Assembly: GCF_018977255.1 (NCBI RefSeq)
Contig: NW_024704742.1
Location: 10,046,001 to 10,110,000 of the forward strand
Source of the DNA: Callorhinchus milii
Lineage: Eukaryota
Direction of reading: 5' to 3'
Length of the DNA: 64,000 bases
A program made the translations under genes and the position numbers. Positions 61,551-64,000 of the stretch are shown here, in pieces (within the stretch, counting starts at the first letter, position 1; every line of letters starts with the position of its first letter). The notes under the pieces were generated by a model, which was given only the letters and a program-made list of their open reading frames with translations, did not search any database and was not told the origin of the DNA.

Positions 61551-62359
61551 AAGTAAGTAATTCTGTGTGTTCTTCAGTAATGATCATGATGACCCGTGTA
61601 TATCAGTAGGAAGGTGGAGATCAATTAGTGGTTATTTTGTCATCAGGCTATCTATCACTACTAATTGACAAAGCAGCATAATTACCTACTTACATGTTAT
61701 AAGCGCCTTGGCGTGTCAGGACATCCCAGAGGACTTTGCAGGATATTAGGTAAAGTCAAGTGTCTAGTATTTTGTAGGCAAACACAGTATAAACAGTATT
61801 TACAGTACATTATACAATGGTTTTATATTTACCACAACTATAAACAAGTCCAATTGCTAGCATTCAAGGTCACAAGAGTGAAGATTCCAATTCCACACAC
61901 ATAATTGTGTGACTACACCAGCACTTTTTTTTATGGTGCCTCATCGCAGCTTGAGATTTGTTAGGTCAGGGTATTAAGGGATATGGGGCAAGGGCGGGTA
62001 ATTGGATTTGAGGTACATATCAGGATGATCTTATAGAATGGCGGAACAGGCTCGAGGGGCTGAATGGCCTACTCCTGTTTCTATGATTAAGCTCACAGTC
62101 CAGACTGAGTGAAATTAACATTCACCTCACAACTGTTTGCGGGTCCTTGCGTTGTATAAAATGAAGCGCGTTCACCTACAAAAAACATCACTAACTTTAC
62201 TATAAAGCCCTTTGAGATTTTTTGACATGAATAGTACAAGTTAAAATGGAAATTCTTTCTCCTTTCTATTAGTTTTTCATATTCAAATTATTCTGGGTGT
62301 CACGGTAATTTGGAATTAATGAGGTTGATTCTCACTTTCTTCAATGCAATCATTGTTCA

Positions 62360-62665
62360 AATCATAGAATCATAGAATTCATACAGCACAGAAGGAGGCC
62401 ATTCAGCCCCATCATGTCCATGCTGCCTCTTTGAAAGAGTTATCCAAATTAATCCCACTCCCCTGCTTTCTCCCCAAAGCCTGAAAATTTGTCCTCCCCA
62501 AATATCTATCCACTTCGCTCTTGAATGTTGTTATTGAATCTGCTTCCACCACTCTTTCATTCCAGACTGGAAAGACTTCTCTAAACTTCGCTGTGTGAAA
62601 AAATGTCTCCTCACCTCCCCCTGGTTCTTTTGGCAACTATCTTAATCTGTGTCCTCGGATTACCA
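62360..62665 (-). mobile_element. CR1 LINE 3' fragment
   Basis: VVEADSITTFKSEVDRYL motif; atcataga tail repeats. Confidence 0.85.
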
Positions 62666-63517
62666 CCACGTGCAAAATGGTCTTCACTTTTGACTGTCAG
62701 ACCAGCAAAGAATGTAAGTGGAGAGAGGAGGATCAGTGAGCCTGAAACACTGAGTATATTTGTGTGACTCTACCAGCACTTTTTATGGTGCTTCAACAAT
62801 CTCTGGCTGATATCTATATCTCCACAATCCACCACTATTTGTGGGACACTGCTGTGTGCAATTGGCTGCCACGTTTCACCCACAAAATATATGCCCAACT
62901 TTACAGTATATTCTGTGAAGCGCTTTGAGATGTCTGTCTCGAGGATGTGATATTGCGTTATATCAAGGATTATTATTATTATTGTGCAGATTAAATAGTA
63001 TAACCACATTCATTGTGGGTTGGTGTGACGTTCCAACTTCTCCTAAGCAAAGCTTTTCACACCACTACAACAAGACTTCCAAATTAATCCACTCTTGTCT
63101 TTTAATTGCTTCTTGAAAATCTGGAGACTAATTTTTTTGTGTAGGGAAAACCTCCTCTTTCTAAGCACAGGCATGACAAAGAGGCATAACCAGTTCTGAA
63201 TTTCACAACCTGTTTTAAGGCTATTTCCATTCTGAGAATGAAAGTAAAACTGATTTTGTTTCGAAAAAAACATTGCATTTGGCGACTTTTTTTTGTCAGG
63301 ACACACATTAAAGCAGAAAGAGCTGAATACAAGTGTGTGTTTGGCTTGTTTAAAGAAGTTGCTCATTACGGACTGCAGCACAATCAGAGCTAGAAGAGAT
63401 GCGCAATTCTAAATGTTGGCTGCTTTTAAAGAGGTTTCATCAGCCTTGCAAATATGCTGAATTACCTCCCTGCCGTCTCTGGACATATATCGAGGGATAC
63501 AGCTCTCTCAATGGCCT

Positions 63518-63860
63518 ACAACAACAACAACTCACACTTATATAGCGCCCTCCACTCAGGGTAGCATCTCAGAGTGCTTAACAGTGGCGTCCTGACTCCG
63601 AGCCAGGGTGGATAGGTTGCCATAAGCACAGTCGTGAAAAAGGGGAGGGGGCAAGGCAGCAGGAATGAGGGAGTGTTCCAGAGTTTCTAGGCATAGTAGC
63701 TGAAAGCGCGACCTCTGATGGTGGGTCGGAGAGTGCGAAGGACGAGCAGGAGGCCGGTGCCAGTCGAGCGAAGGCGACTGGTGGTGGATTGGGGAGTGAG
63801 GAGGTTGGAGTGGTACGGAGGTGCCAGAGAGCGAAGGGATTTGAAAACGAGTGTGAGACC
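63518..63860 (-). mobile_element. L2 3' fragment; a plus-strand SINE head follows at ~63951-64000
   Basis: LVFKSLRSLAPPY...IRGRAFSYYA motif and (CAA)n tail on the plus strand. Confidence 0.85.
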
Positions 63861-64000
63861 TAGTGAGTGAGCAGCACTCTTCATCCTCCCTTGCTCAGCA
63901 ACCAACCTTGTGCTCTAAGGCATGAAGTCATGTAGGATAATGACTTTGTAGAGTCCTGCAGCTTAATGGTTAGAGCACTTGCCTCACAAACGAGAGGACT

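Overview
Eukaryotic, repeat-dense, essentially non-coding vertebrate DNA, with one 30-N gap at 32000-32029. The repeat content points to a cartilaginous fish, probably a chimaera (inference). It includes about 40 copies or fragments of one tRNA-headed SINE with an L2-type tail, many L2 and CR1 LINE fragments, Deu-domain and LF-SINE-like relics, and a Penelope-like remnant. Nearly all ORFs in the six-frame track are decayed LINE ORF2, SINE or microsatellite translations. No host gene can be named. Three splice-signal candidates, all on the minus strand, suggest the window is the 5' or intronic region of a minus-strand gene: an MDQDNDG exon at 317-347, a TATA/MEF2-led non-coding exon ending at 34022, and a 63-nt exon at 51239-51301. 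I found no convincing new multi-gene system. The most notable structures are: (1) a fold-back Penelope-like remnant carrying a minimal hammerhead ribozyme core (53183-53392); (2) an 890-bp solo LTR with five tandem hairpin-forming 39-bp units, inserted in a long L2 (56584-57473); (3) an unclassified ~600-bp repeat present 4 times; (4) a SINE flanked by a ~53-bp duplication; (5) a perfect 30-bp-arm palindrome shared in part between two loci; (6) a CRE/bZIP motif cluster. Repeat boundaries were read by eye and are approximate.
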